64,000 nt of DNA, taken from the NCBI GenBank assembly GCA_964406665.1, contig CAYOSQ010000001.1, positions 135,412-199,411 of the forward strand, given 5' to 3'. The stretch comes from an uncultured Planctomycetia bacterium (lineage in GTDB: Bacteria > Omnitrophota > Gorgyraeia > VGKH01 > JBHPFN01). The notes under the pieces were generated by a model. It did not search any database and was not told where the DNA came from. It saw only the letters and a program-made list of their open reading frames with translations. Each line of letters opens with the position of its first letter. Within the stretch, counting starts at the first letter, position 1. This document shows, in pieces, positions 18,602 through 27,484 of the stretch. The position numbers and the translations under genes were made by a program.

Positions 18602-18629
18602 AGTATAGCATAAAAGCCAGTTTTTTCAA
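18602..18629 (-). promoter_or_regulatory. Sigma70-like promoter (TTGAAA-N16-TATACT) driving the riboswitch-led operon
   Basis: Minus strand reads CTTGAAAAAACTGGCTTTTATGCTATACTTTGAC. The -35 is TTGAAA, the spacer is 16 nt and the -10 is TATACT. The predicted TSS is about 25 nt upstream of the aptamer. Confidence 0.4.
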
Positions 18630-18703
18630 GGGGTTAAAAAAAATCGAAATATACAACTTTTTTTTAAAAAAAAGACATTTTTATCTTTTTTTAGAATTTT
18701 TTT

Positions 18704-18731
18704 GTTGCAAAGATAAAAAATAATGATATAA
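18704..18731 (+). promoter_or_regulatory. Candidate sigma70 promoter (TTGCAA-N16-TATAAT) for the divergent gene at 18788
   Basis: Sequence match only, in an AT-rich divergent intergenic region. Confidence 0.3.
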
Positions 18732-18787
18732 TAAAAAATACAGCAACAATTAGAATAAACAAAATCTGTAACTTTAATAAATAGAAT

Positions 18788-19756
18788 ATGATAAGAATAT
18801 TAAAGAGTCCTAGATTGAAACATGCAATTTTCATCGCCGCATGGCCTGGAATGGGAAGCGTTGCATTGAAATCAGCTATTTGCTTGAAAGATTCTCTGAA
18901 AGCTCAGGAATTTGCTAAGCTTGAGGCGGGAAAATATTTTTCTCCTCAGGCTGCGGTTATTGAAAATGGCTGCATAAGTGTGCCAAAGCCACCAGAGGGT
19001 AAATTTTATTACTGGAAGAATAAAAATGGAAAAAACGACATCATTATTTTTATTAGCGAAGCTCAGCCCTTGCAGGAAAAAAGCCTTGAATATTCAAAGC
19101 TAATTATTGATTTTGTTAGCAAGTTCAAAATAGACATGGTTATGACTTTTGCAGCTATGCCTTTACCCATTGACCATTATCAAGAACCAGGCGCATGGAT
19201 AACTGCAACTCACAAGAAAATATTTGAACGTACAAAAGGACTAAAAGCAAAGACCTTAACCTCTGGGCAGATAAGTGGATTAAACGGTTTATTTTTAGGT
19301 GTTGCCAAGCAATCAGGTTTAAACGGATTGTGTTTGCTGGGAGAGATTCCTCTTTATGCCGTGCACATAGATAACCCAAAGGCTTCTTTGGCAGTGTTAG
19401 AAGTTGCAGTAAAACTTCTTTCAGTAGAAATTAACTTTCAAGAATTAAAAGCAGCAGCTAAAACTATGGAACAGGAAATAGAAAAGCTTATTGAATATTT
19501 AAAGATTCCTCCGGAAGAGCATGCTAAGCCGATATCGGAAGAAGAAGTTGACGGAATAAAAAATATGTTGTCAGCTCAAAGCAATGTGCCTGATTCTGCT
19601 CGTCGAAGAATCGAGTCTCTGTTTAAGCAAGCCCAGCAGGATATTACCAGAGCTAATACGCTTAAAAAAGAGTTGGATGAGTGGAATGCGTATAAGGAGT
19701 ATGAAGATAGATTTTTAGATTTATTTAAGAAAAAGACTACAAGAAAAGATAACTAA
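18788..19756 (+). CDS. PAC2-family (ATP-grasp-superfamily carboligase-like, COG1938/COG2047) protein
   Basis: N-terminal IFIAAWPGMGSVALKSA resembles the PAC2 GxPGxGxVG motif. 322 aa with no other recognisable motif. Confidence 0.4.
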   Translation: MIRILKSPRLKHAIFIAAWPGMGSVALKSAICLKDSLKAQEFAKLEAGKYFSPQAAVIENGCISVPKPPEGKFYYWKNKNGKNDIIIFISEAQPLQEKSLEYSKLIIDFVSKFKIDMVMTFAAMPLPIDHYQEPGAWITATHKKIFERTKGLKAKTLTSGQISGLNGLFLGVAKQSGLNGLCLLGEIPLYAVHIDNPKASLAVLEVAVKLLSVEINFQELKAAAKTMEQEIEKLIEYLKIPPEEHAKPISEEEVDGIKNMLSAQSNVPDSARRRIESLFKQAQQDITRANTLKKELDEWNAYKEYEDRFLDLFKKKTTRKDN

Positions 19757-19801
19757 CAGCCACCTCAAAATAAACAATCATATCCAAACAATACCCTTTC
19801 A

Positions 19802-20488
19802 GTGAAAGCAGTTACTAGCGGTCAAATCCAGCAATTAGATAAGCAGGCTATTGAAGGCCTAGGCATTGATTCTCTGTTTTTAATGGAGAATGCAGGTAGG
19901 GGTGTTTCGCAATTCGTTGAAGAAATACTTAATAAAAAAAATAATGATAAAGTAGTTGTGATTTGCGGTAAAGGCAATAATGGTGGAGATGGCTTTGTTG
20001 TTGCGCGCCATCTCTTAAATAGAGGAAAAAGCGTCTCAGTCTTTTTGCTAGGTAAAAAAACAGATATCAAAAAAGATGCAGAAGCAAATCTTAAAAAGCT
20101 AAAAGCATTAAATTGTGAAGTTGCCGAAATAGCTGATGAAAAATCACAAAAATATTTTTATGATATTTTGCCGAACTCGGATATTTTAGTTGATGCTATC
20201 TTTGGCGTAGGGCTTAAGGGTCAGATAAAAGGCATAGCTAGTGATATTATTTCTGCAATGAATAAATCAAATAAACCGATTGTGTCTATCGATGTTCCTT
20301 CCGGATTAGATTCTACCACAGGGGAGATTTGCGGATTTTGCGTAAAATCAACTCTAACAGTAAGTTTTACACTTGCGAAACGAGGGTTTTTCTTAAAAAA
20401 CGGTCCTGAGTATATAGGCGAATTAAGCGTTATTGACATTGGGATTCCTAAAGAATTAGTAGCTAAAATAAGCCATGAAAGTAGCTGA
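19802..20488 (+). CDS. NAD(P)H-hydrate epimerase (YjeF N-terminal domain, Nnr family)
   Basis: VVVICGKGNNGGDGFVVARHL is the diagnostic YjeF_N motif. The start appears to be GTG. Confidence 0.75.
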   Translation: MKAVTSGQIQQLDKQAIEGLGIDSLFLMENAGRGVSQFVEEILNKKNNDKVVVICGKGNNGGDGFVVARHLLNRGKSVSVFLLGKKTDIKKDAEANLKKLKALNCEVAEIADEKSQKYFYDILPNSDILVDAIFGVGLKGQIKGIASDIISAMNKSNKPIVSIDVPSGLDSTTGEICGFCVKSTLTVSFTLAKRGFFLKNGPEYIGELSVIDIGIPKELVAKISHESS

Positions 20489-21140
20489 GAAGGAAACAAT
20501 TTCTAGCACCATAAGAATTTTAAAAAGAGAAGTTAAAAAGTTTAAAACGCCTTCTGTGACTGAAATAGCACTTGAGTTTAACAGCCCTTTTCATGTTTTG
20601 ATTTCTTGTATATTAAGTTTAAGAACGAAAGATTATGTAACTATAAAGGCATCGAGGCGGTTATTTGGGCTTGCCTCAACACCAAGTGATGTTTCCGGTC
20701 TTTCTGTTGCAAAGATTGAAAAATCAATTTATCCTGTGGGGTTCTATCATACTAAAGCAAAGAATATAAAAAATATCTGCGCGAATTTAATCAAGCGTTT
20801 TAATAGCAAGGTTCCCGATGATTTAGAATTATTGTTGAGTTTACCGGGGGTTGGTAGAAAAACAGCTAATTTAGTTTTAACCGAAGGTTTTAATAAGCTG
20901 GGTGTGTGTGTTGATACACACGTGCATCGAATTTCTAATCGACTCGGCTATGTTAAAACATCTTCACCTGAGCAAACCGAGATGTCTCTAAGAAAAAAGC
21001 TACCCAAGAGATACTGGAAGGTTTATAATTATCTTTTAGTAGCATGGGGACAGAATATATGTAGGCCAATAGGGCCCCGTTGCAGCATCTGCCAGATTAG
21101 TTTATATTGTAAAAAAAGTAATGTTATAAACAATAGATAG
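20475..21140 (+). CDS. nth: Endonuclease III (HhH-GPD base-excision glycosylase with 4Fe-4S cluster)
   Basis: HhH motif LPGVGRKTANLVL and C-terminal CRPIGPRCSICQISLYC, i.e. the C-X6-C-X2-C-X5-C spacing. Confidence 0.8.
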   Translation: MKVAEKETISSTIRILKREVKKFKTPSVTEIALEFNSPFHVLISCILSLRTKDYVTIKASRRLFGLASTPSDVSGLSVAKIEKSIYPVGFYHTKAKNIKNICANLIKRFNSKVPDDLELLLSLPGVGRKTANLVLTEGFNKLGVCVDTHVHRISNRLGYVKTSSPEQTEMSLRKKLPKRYWKVYNYLLVAWGQNICRPIGPRCSICQISLYCKKSNVINNR

Positions 21141-21146
21141 AAGAAA

Positions 21147-22151
21147 ATGGACAAAATACTTTTAGGCCATGGAAGCGGTGGGAAATTAATGCATTCTTTA
21201 ATTAAGGATGTTTTGATTAAACATTTAAGCAATCCTTATTTAGATAGACTTTCGGATTCTTGCATATTGAATATTGGTAAAAATAAGGTTGCTTTTACCA
21301 CGGACTCTTTTGTTGTAAAGCCGATATTCTTTAAAGGTGCTGATATTGGAAAGCTTTCTGTTTGTGGTACTATCAATGATCTTTGTGTAATGGGTGCAAG
21401 CCCACGATACCTTTCTTGTGGGATAATTGTCGAAGAAGGTTTTGAAATTAAAAAACTAGAGATTATTACAAAATCAATACAAGCTACAGCAAGAAAGTCA
21501 AAAGTCAACATTGTCACCGGTGATTTTAAAGTAGTTGAAAAAGGTTCTTGTGATGGAATATTTATAAATACAGCAGGGATTGGAGAAGTTTATCCTGGCG
21601 TAGATTTGAAAATTGAAAATATAAAACCCAAAGATAAAATTATTATTAACGGCTCAATCGCAGAACACGGTATTGCTGTGATGAAAGAGAGGATGGAGTT
21701 AGATTTTGATTTTTCAGTAAAGAGCGATTGTGCGTCATTGGATACGTTGCTGATACCATTACTTAAGATAAAAGGTGCAATAAAATTTATGCGTGATCCC
21801 ACCAGAGGCGGATTAGCTACGACTTTAAATGAAATATCCGCAGAAGCTAAATTAGGCATTATGCTTGATGAGAAAAGAATCCCTATAAAGAGACCAGTAA
21901 GAGCCGCCTGTGAGATTTTAGGTCTGGACCCTTTGTATATAGCCAATGAAGGTAAAGCAGTAATCATAGTTGATAGCAGAAAAGCAAATTCGATATTAAA
22001 GAGCATGAAAAAACATCCTTTGGGTAAAGAGTCAAGAATAATCGGCGAAGTAGTTGGTAAGCCAAAATCAAAGGTATGTCTTAATACTTTTTCCGGAGGA
22101 GTTAGAGTTGCAGATATGCTTACAAGTGATCCCTTGCCAAGAATCTGTTAA
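21147..22151 (+). CDS. hypE: Hydrogenase maturation factor HypE
   Basis: N-terminal ILLGHGSGGKLMHSLI. AIR-synthase-like fold. C-terminal ...LPRIC with the terminal Cys, matching the HypE PRIC tail. Confidence 0.85.
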   Translation: MDKILLGHGSGGKLMHSLIKDVLIKHLSNPYLDRLSDSCILNIGKNKVAFTTDSFVVKPIFFKGADIGKLSVCGTINDLCVMGASPRYLSCGIIVEEGFEIKKLEIITKSIQATARKSKVNIVTGDFKVVEKGSCDGIFINTAGIGEVYPGVDLKIENIKPKDKIIINGSIAEHGIAVMKERMELDFDFSVKSDCASLDTLLIPLLKIKGAIKFMRDPTRGGLATTLNEISAEAKLGIMLDEKRIPIKRPVRAACEILGLDPLYIANEGKAVIIVDSRKANSILKSMKKHPLGKESRIIGEVVGKPKSKVCLNTFSGGVRVADMLTSDPLPRIC

Positions 22152-22161
22152 ATTTTTTCAA

Positions 22162-22902
22162 ATGAAAACTAATCAATTTCAAGAACGGTTTTATCGAAAA
22201 TGGAGCAGTAGCATTAAGCTTAATAAAATTAATGTAGTTGAGCGCGAGTCTGACCTCTTGGTTTTAAGTGATTTTGTTATTGAAAAAAAAATAATTAGTA
22301 AATCAATTTTAAAATATAGAAAACAAATAGAAAGTTATATTAAAAAAAATAAAAATTTCTTAACAAGTTTAAAACCGATTAAAATAAATAAAATTTCTCC
22401 AGAAATTATAAAAAAAATGGCAAATGCTGCAAAAATTTCTGGCGTTGGTCCTATGGCGTCAGTTGCAGGGGCGATTTCTGAATATGTGGGAAAAGATTTT
22501 CAAAGAAAGTGTAAAGATTTAATAATAGAAAATGGAGGAGACATATTTATAAAGACATCAAAGAAAAGATTGGTGGGAATTTATGCAGGAAATTCTGAAT
22601 TATCAGGAAAAATTTCATTAGAAATAGATCCTGAAGATTCACCCTTAGGTATTTGTACCTCGTCGGGAACAGTGGGCCATTCTTTGAGTTTTGGCAGTGC
22701 AGATGCAGTTATTGTTATTTCTAATTCCGCGATTATAGCGGATTGTTTCGCAACTGCAATAGCCAACAAAATTAAAATCGAATCTGATATAGTTGATGCG
22801 TTGAAATTTGTAAAAATACATAAGGAAATTAAAGGTATTGTAATAATTTTCAAAAATATTTTAAGCGCATTTGGAAAAATAAAAATAGTTAAAAACAAAT
22901 AA
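22162..22902 (+). CDS. UPF0280/ApbE-superfamily-like conserved protein
   Basis: Gly-rich conserved blocks (GVGPMASVAGAI, GICTSSGTVGHSLSFGSADAV). The ATG at 22162 follows the hypE stop; the ORF track's longer 22054 start overlaps hypE in another frame and was not used. Confidence 0.4.
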   Translation: MKTNQFQERFYRKWSSSIKLNKINVVERESDLLVLSDFVIEKKIISKSILKYRKQIESYIKKNKNFLTSLKPIKINKISPEIIKKMANAAKISGVGPMASVAGAISEYVGKDFQRKCKDLIIENGGDIFIKTSKKRLVGIYAGNSELSGKISLEIDPEDSPLGICTSSGTVGHSLSFGSADAVIVISNSAIIADCFATAIANKIKIESDIVDALKFVKIHKEIKGIVIIFKNILSAFGKIKIVKNK

Positions 22903-23109
22903 AGATTTTTGCAAAAAAATAATTTTTTTTCAAAATTTTTTAAAAGTATGCAAAAAATTCTTGACAAAGTGTCGTCAATATGTTAAAAAAAAAATAGAAA
23001 TAATTTTTTGTAAAATTATTTTAGGAGGCAAAAATAAAAAATAAAAACAATATTCGGTAAATTGTTATTGGGCTTATTAGGGCCCTTTTTTCATTTTTGA
23101 GGAATAGAA

Positions 23110-24105
23110 ATGGGTAAAAAAGTAGGACTAACATATGACCTTAAGGAAAATTATAGCCTGAAAAAGGGCGATCCGGAAGATTTGTATGCGGAATTCGATC
23201 CAGAAGTTACGGTTAATAATATTGCTGCTGCCTTAGAAAGAAGAAAACACAAAGTAAAAAAGATTGGCGGGGTAAGTAATTTATTACAAAAGATAAATAA
23301 TCTTGATGTTGATATAATTTTTAATATTTCCGAAGGTCTTGTTGGCCGCAACCGCGAATCTCAGGTGCCTATAATCTTGGAAATGAATAATATTCCTTAC
23401 GTAGGTTCTGACGGCTTAACTTTAGCGCTCACTTTAGATAAAATAATGGCAAAAAAAATATTGGTCGCTGAAGGTATCCCCACGCCTAGATTTGTCGAAG
23501 TTCCCAATGCTGTTTCTTTAAACGGGCAGATGAACCACATGGAATATCCGCTTATTGTTAAGCCTAGGCATGAGGGTTCATCCAAAGGATTAAGTGATAA
23601 ATCCCGGGTTGAAAACGAAAAAGATTTGAAAGAGCAGATAGATTTTATAGCAACGACTTATAATCAATCTGTTTTGGTTGAAGAGTTTATTAGCGGTACT
23701 GAGTTTACAGTGGGTATCGTTGGGAATGAAGATCCCTTAGTTTTTCCTCCTGTCCAGGTAAAGATTGATGGAAAGACTGATCTGGGAGACATGTTTTATA
23801 CATTTGCCAGGATTTATTCTGATAGATTGCAATATCTTTGCCCTGCTGAGATTTCAGAAAGATTAGAAAAGAAGTTGAAGAATTTAGCGTTAAAAACTTA
23901 TCAGGCTATGGAATGTAAAGATTTTGGCCGCATTGATTTTAGAGTAGATGAGAAAGGCCATCCTTTTGTCCTGGAAATAAATCCTTTGCCGTGTTTATCT
24001 GTCGACGATGTATTTAATACCGTTACCAAAGAAATCGGCATGTCTTACGATGAGGTGGTAGATAAAGTGCTTCAAGTAGCTTTAGAGCGTTACGGCATAA
24101 ATTAA
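23110..24105 (+). CDS. ATP-grasp ligase of the D-alanine--D-alanine ligase family
   Basis: N-terminal pre-ATP-grasp region and a central ATP-grasp fold (EEFISGTEFTVGIVGN, RIDFRVDEKGHPFVLEINPLP). 331 aa. Confidence 0.65.
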   Translation: MGKKVGLTYDLKENYSLKKGDPEDLYAEFDPEVTVNNIAAALERRKHKVKKIGGVSNLLQKINNLDVDIIFNISEGLVGRNRESQVPIILEMNNIPYVGSDGLTLALTLDKIMAKKILVAEGIPTPRFVEVPNAVSLNGQMNHMEYPLIVKPRHEGSSKGLSDKSRVENEKDLKEQIDFIATTYNQSVLVEEFISGTEFTVGIVGNEDPLVFPPVQVKIDGKTDLGDMFYTFARIYSDRLQYLCPAEISERLEKKLKNLALKTYQAMECKDFGRIDFRVDEKGHPFVLEINPLPCLSVDDVFNTVTKEIGMSYDEVVDKVLQVALERYGIN

Positions 24106-24122
24106 ACACAAGAGGTGTTTAA

Positions 24123-25295
24123 GTGGCACAGACCACAATTCTAGAAAAAGAACAACTTACCCCAAAAGAAGCAAAGATATTCTTTGAGTATCAGAGAATT
24201 GATGCCTGGAATGATATTGAATTAGAAGATTGGGAAGATTGGCAGTGGCAACTTAAAAACCGTCTGCGTAGCAAAGATGATATATCCAAGATTATTACCT
24301 TAACCCAAGAAGAAGAGGATGGAATAAAAAAATGTAATGGTCGCCTACCCATGGCCATTACTCCTTACTGGTCTTCTTTGATGGATGCTCAAGATCCTAA
24401 TTGTCCTATCAAAAGACAGGCAGTTCCTTTAAAAGATGAATTTGTTACTTCCGATTGCGAAATGGCTGATCCTTGCGGTGAAGATAAAGATTCTCCAGCG
24501 CCGGGCTTAGTACATCGTTATCCTGATAGAGTATTGCTTCTTGTAACCGAGCAATGTGCAATGTATTGTCGCCACTGTACCAGAAGAAGAATGGTAGGCG
24601 AGAAGAAGCATCTTACTGCACCTTCTAAACTGGATGCGGCCTATGAATATATTAAATCTAATCGTAAGATCCGCGACGTGCTTATCTCTGGTGGAGACCC
24701 TCTTATGCTTGAAGATGATAAGTTAGAAGATATAATCAAAAATATTCGCTCAATTAATCATGTAGAATTCCTGCGCATCGGAACCAGAGTTCCAGTAACT
24801 CTTCCGCAAAGAATTACTGAAGAATTAGTTAAAATGCTTAAGAAATATGCTCCTATCTGGATAAGTTTACACTTCAACCATCCTAAAGAAATAACCAAGA
24901 GATGCAAACTTGCCTGCAGCATGCTTGCAGATAGCGGGTTTCCCTTAGGTAGTCAGACAGTATTGTTGAAAGGCGTAAACGACAGATCTCATGCTATGAG
25001 AAAGTTAATGCATGAACTCTTGAAAATTCGCGTTAGGCCTTATTATATCTATCAGTGTGATCCTGCCCAAGGTACAGGGCATTTCCGTACGTCAATTGCT
25101 ACAGGGGTTAACATTATGGAGAAACTACGTGGTCATACTTCGGGATATGCTGTTCCTACATATGTTGTAGATGCCCCGGGTGGGGGCGGCAAAATTCCTG
25201 TTAGTCCGGATTATGTTGTTTCGCATGATAAAGGTGTATATAACCTGCGTAATTTCCGCGGAGAAGAATATAGTTACTTGGAACCTCAAGAATAA
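24123..25295 (+). CDS. Lysine 2,3-aminomutase-family radical SAM protein (KamA/EpmB-like)
   Basis: CAMYCRHCTRRR is the KamA-type CxxxCxxC radical-SAM motif with the characteristic trailing RRR. GTG start follows an AGAGGTG RBS. Confidence 0.8.
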   Translation: MAQTTILEKEQLTPKEAKIFFEYQRIDAWNDIELEDWEDWQWQLKNRLRSKDDISKIITLTQEEEDGIKKCNGRLPMAITPYWSSLMDAQDPNCPIKRQAVPLKDEFVTSDCEMADPCGEDKDSPAPGLVHRYPDRVLLLVTEQCAMYCRHCTRRRMVGEKKHLTAPSKLDAAYEYIKSNRKIRDVLISGGDPLMLEDDKLEDIIKNIRSINHVEFLRIGTRVPVTLPQRITEELVKMLKKYAPIWISLHFNHPKEITKRCKLACSMLADSGFPLGSQTVLLKGVNDRSHAMRKLMHELLKIRVRPYYIYQCDPAQGTGHFRTSIATGVNIMEKLRGHTSGYAVPTYVVDAPGGGGKIPVSPDYVVSHDKGVYNLRNFRGEEYSYLEPQE

Positions 25296-25375
25296 CTTGC
25301 CTGTTATTTCTTTCCTATATATAGTTGCTTTCACAAAAAATTAAATTTTTAATTTTTTTAGAAGAAAAACCCTAA

Positions 25376-25399
25376 TAACTGCTTCTATTTAGCAGTTTT
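25376..25399 (+). terminator. Candidate intrinsic terminator after the kamA-like gene
   Basis: AACTGCT-N7-AGCAGTT (7-bp stem) followed by TTTTG. Weak, AT-rich stem. Confidence 0.3.
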
Positions 25400-25437
25400 T
25401 GTCCTGTTTTGCATAGAAAAGTTCTTTTTTAGATTCT

Positions 25438-25466
25438 CTTGACGTCTTTATGCATTTTATTTATAA
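25438..25466 (+). promoter_or_regulatory. Sigma70 consensus-like promoter TTGACG-N17-TATAAT upstream of the EF-G-like gene
   Basis: -35 TTGACG at 25438-25443, a 17-nt spacer and a perfect TATAAT at 25461-25466, about 65 nt upstream of the ATG at 25532. Confidence 0.4.
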
Positions 25467-25531
25467 TAAACCTTGTCTTTTTATAATATATTCTTCAAAC
25501 CTAAACATAAACCAATCAAAAAAAGGAAAAC

Positions 25532-27484
25532 ATGATGGAAGCAAAGATGAAACGAAATTTTATGATTGCTGGTCATGCTCATTGTGGAAAAACTTCTTTA
25601 GCCGAAGGTTTAATATTTGCCTGTGGATCTAGTCCGCGCAAAGGCAACGTAACCGAAGGCAATACTATAAGTGATTATGATGCAGACGAGATAGAGAGAA
25701 AAATTTCCATAGGAGCTTCTTTGCTTAACTGTGTCTACAAAAATCACCAGATACAGATGATCGATACTCCCGGATATGTTGATTTTGTAGGTGAAGTTAT
25801 CTCATCTGCAAGAGCTGTTGATGCGGCCGTAGTTGTGGTAGATGCTGTTTCAGGAATAGGGGTTGGTACTGAAAAGGCATGGGCTATTGCCGATGAATTA
25901 AACATGCCTAGAATAGTATTTATCAACAAAGTTGATAAGGAAGACGCTGATTTTAAAGAATCGTTAGCCGACATAAAAGAACAATTATCGAATAAGGTTG
26001 TTTCTATAGAATCTTTACAGGATTCAGATTTGATTGAGGCGGTTGCAGAGACAGATGATAAGCTTCTGGAGAAATATCTTGAAGCCGGAACTCTTTCAGA
26101 GGAAGAAGTAAAGACGGCTTTAAGAAATGCAGTTGCGCAAGGAAGTGTGTTTCCTGCAATCGGGGGTTCTGCCTTAAATGATACCGGAGTTAAAGAACTG
26201 CTTGAGTTTATCGTTGAGTATTTGCCCTCTCCTTTAGAGCATGGTGAAATTAAATGTATTGATGCGAAAACTAAAGAGGAAAAGCAGCTGGAAATTTCTG
26301 AAGCAGGTCCGCTAAGCGCATTTGTATTTAAAACTATATCCGATCCTTATGTAGGCCAGCTTACCCTTATTAGGATTTTTTCTGGTTCTATTGCATCGAA
26401 TACAGGTTTTTATAATGCGACAAAAGAGACTAAAGAAAGAATTGGCCAGGTTTGTTTTATGCAGGGAAAAGAACAGAAGCCTGTTGATGTTGCAGGTTGT
26501 GGTGATATTGTGGCAATTGCAAAACTCAAAAATACTTCGACCTCCGATGCTATCGCCGATGAAAAAAATCTGGTTTTATTTGATGCGATTAAGTTTCCCG
26601 AATCCGCAATTTCTATGTCTGTAAAACCAAAATCCCGTCAGGATGAAGAAAAAATTTCAGCTAGCCTTTTGAAATTAAGTTTAAGCGATCCGACTTTTAG
26701 GGTAAATCGAGATAAACAAACCAAGGAGTTGATTATTTCTGGTTTGGGAAATCTTCATTTAGATATTATGATTAAGAGACTTAACCAAAGATTTAAGGTT
26801 GAAGTTGAATTGGGAACCCCTAAAGTTCCTTATAAAGAAACAATTACCAAGACAGCCGAAGTTCAGCATAAGTATAAAAAACAATCCGGAGGACGAGGTC
26901 AATACGGCGATGTTACTATTCGGGTTGAGCCATTACCTCCAGGACAGGATTTTGAATTTGTGGATGATATTTTTGGCGGGGCAATCCCGAGAAACTTTAT
27001 TCCATCCGTGGAAAAGGGTGTAAAGCAGGCAATGGCAGAAGGTGCAGTTGCCGGTTGTTCCATAGAAGGAATTAAGGTTACTTTGTTTGATGGGTCTTAC
27101 CATGCAGTAGATTCTTCTGATATGGCATTTCAGATTGCCGGAGCCATGGCTTTGCGTAGAGCTGTCAAGGAAGCTGGGCCAGTGCTTCTGGAGCCGGTTA
27201 TGAACGTAGAGGTGGTTGTGCCGGGTGATTTTACCGGTCAGATATCAGGAGATTTTAGTTCTCGCAGAGGAAGAATAGTAGGGATGGACTCTAAGGGAAA
27301 GAATGAAGTGGTTAAAGCAACTGTGCCATTATCAGAGATGTTCAAGTATTCCTCAGATCTGCGCTCTATGACCGGAGGCAGGGGTTCGTATTCTATGAGC
27401 TTTGCTGGGTTTGAGCAGGTTCCTCAAAAAATTGCACAGGGTATTATAAGTAAATATCAGGCCGATAAGAAAGAAGAAGAGTAG
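25532..27484 (+). CDS. Elongation factor G-like translational GTPase (short EF-G paralog)
   Basis: G1 AGHAHCGKTSL, DTPG and NKVD, followed by EF-G domains II-V. 650 aa is shorter than canonical EF-G (about 700). Confidence 0.8.
   Translation: MMEAKMKRNFMIAGHAHCGKTSLAEGLIFACGSSPRKGNVTEGNTISDYDADEIERKISIGASLLNCVYKNHQIQMIDTPGYVDFVGEVISSARAVDAAVVVVDAVSGIGVGTEKAWAIADELNMPRIVFINKVDKEDADFKESLADIKEQLSNKVVSIESLQDSDLIEAVAETDDKLLEKYLEAGTLSEEEVKTALRNAVAQGSVFPAIGGSALNDTGVKELLEFIVEYLPSPLEHGEIKCIDAKTKEEKQLEISEAGPLSAFVFKTISDPYVGQLTLIRIFSGSIASNTGFYNATKETKERIGQVCFMQGKEQKPVDVAGCGDIVAIAKLKNTSTSDAIADEKNLVLFDAIKFPESAISMSVKPKSRQDEEKISASLLKLSLSDPTFRVNRDKQTKELIISGLGNLHLDIMIKRLNQRFKVEVELGTPKVPYKETITKTAEVQHKYKKQSGGRGQYGDVTIRVEPLPPGQDFEFVDDIFGGAIPRNFIPSVEKGVKQAMAEGAVAGCSIEGIKVTLFDGSYHAVDSSDMAFQIAGAMALRRAVKEAGPVLLEPVMNVEVVVPGDFTGQISGDFSSRRGRIVGMDSKGKNEVVKATVPLSEMFKYSSDLRSMTGGRGSYSMSFAGFEQVPQKIAQGIISKYQADKKEEE

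Noticed and set aside
22054-22161. Longer 5' extension of the UPF0280-like ORF (start at 22054)
   Set aside because: The extension overlaps the motif-complete hypE C-terminus (…LPRIC) in another frame. The ATG at 22162 immediately after the hypE stop is preferred.
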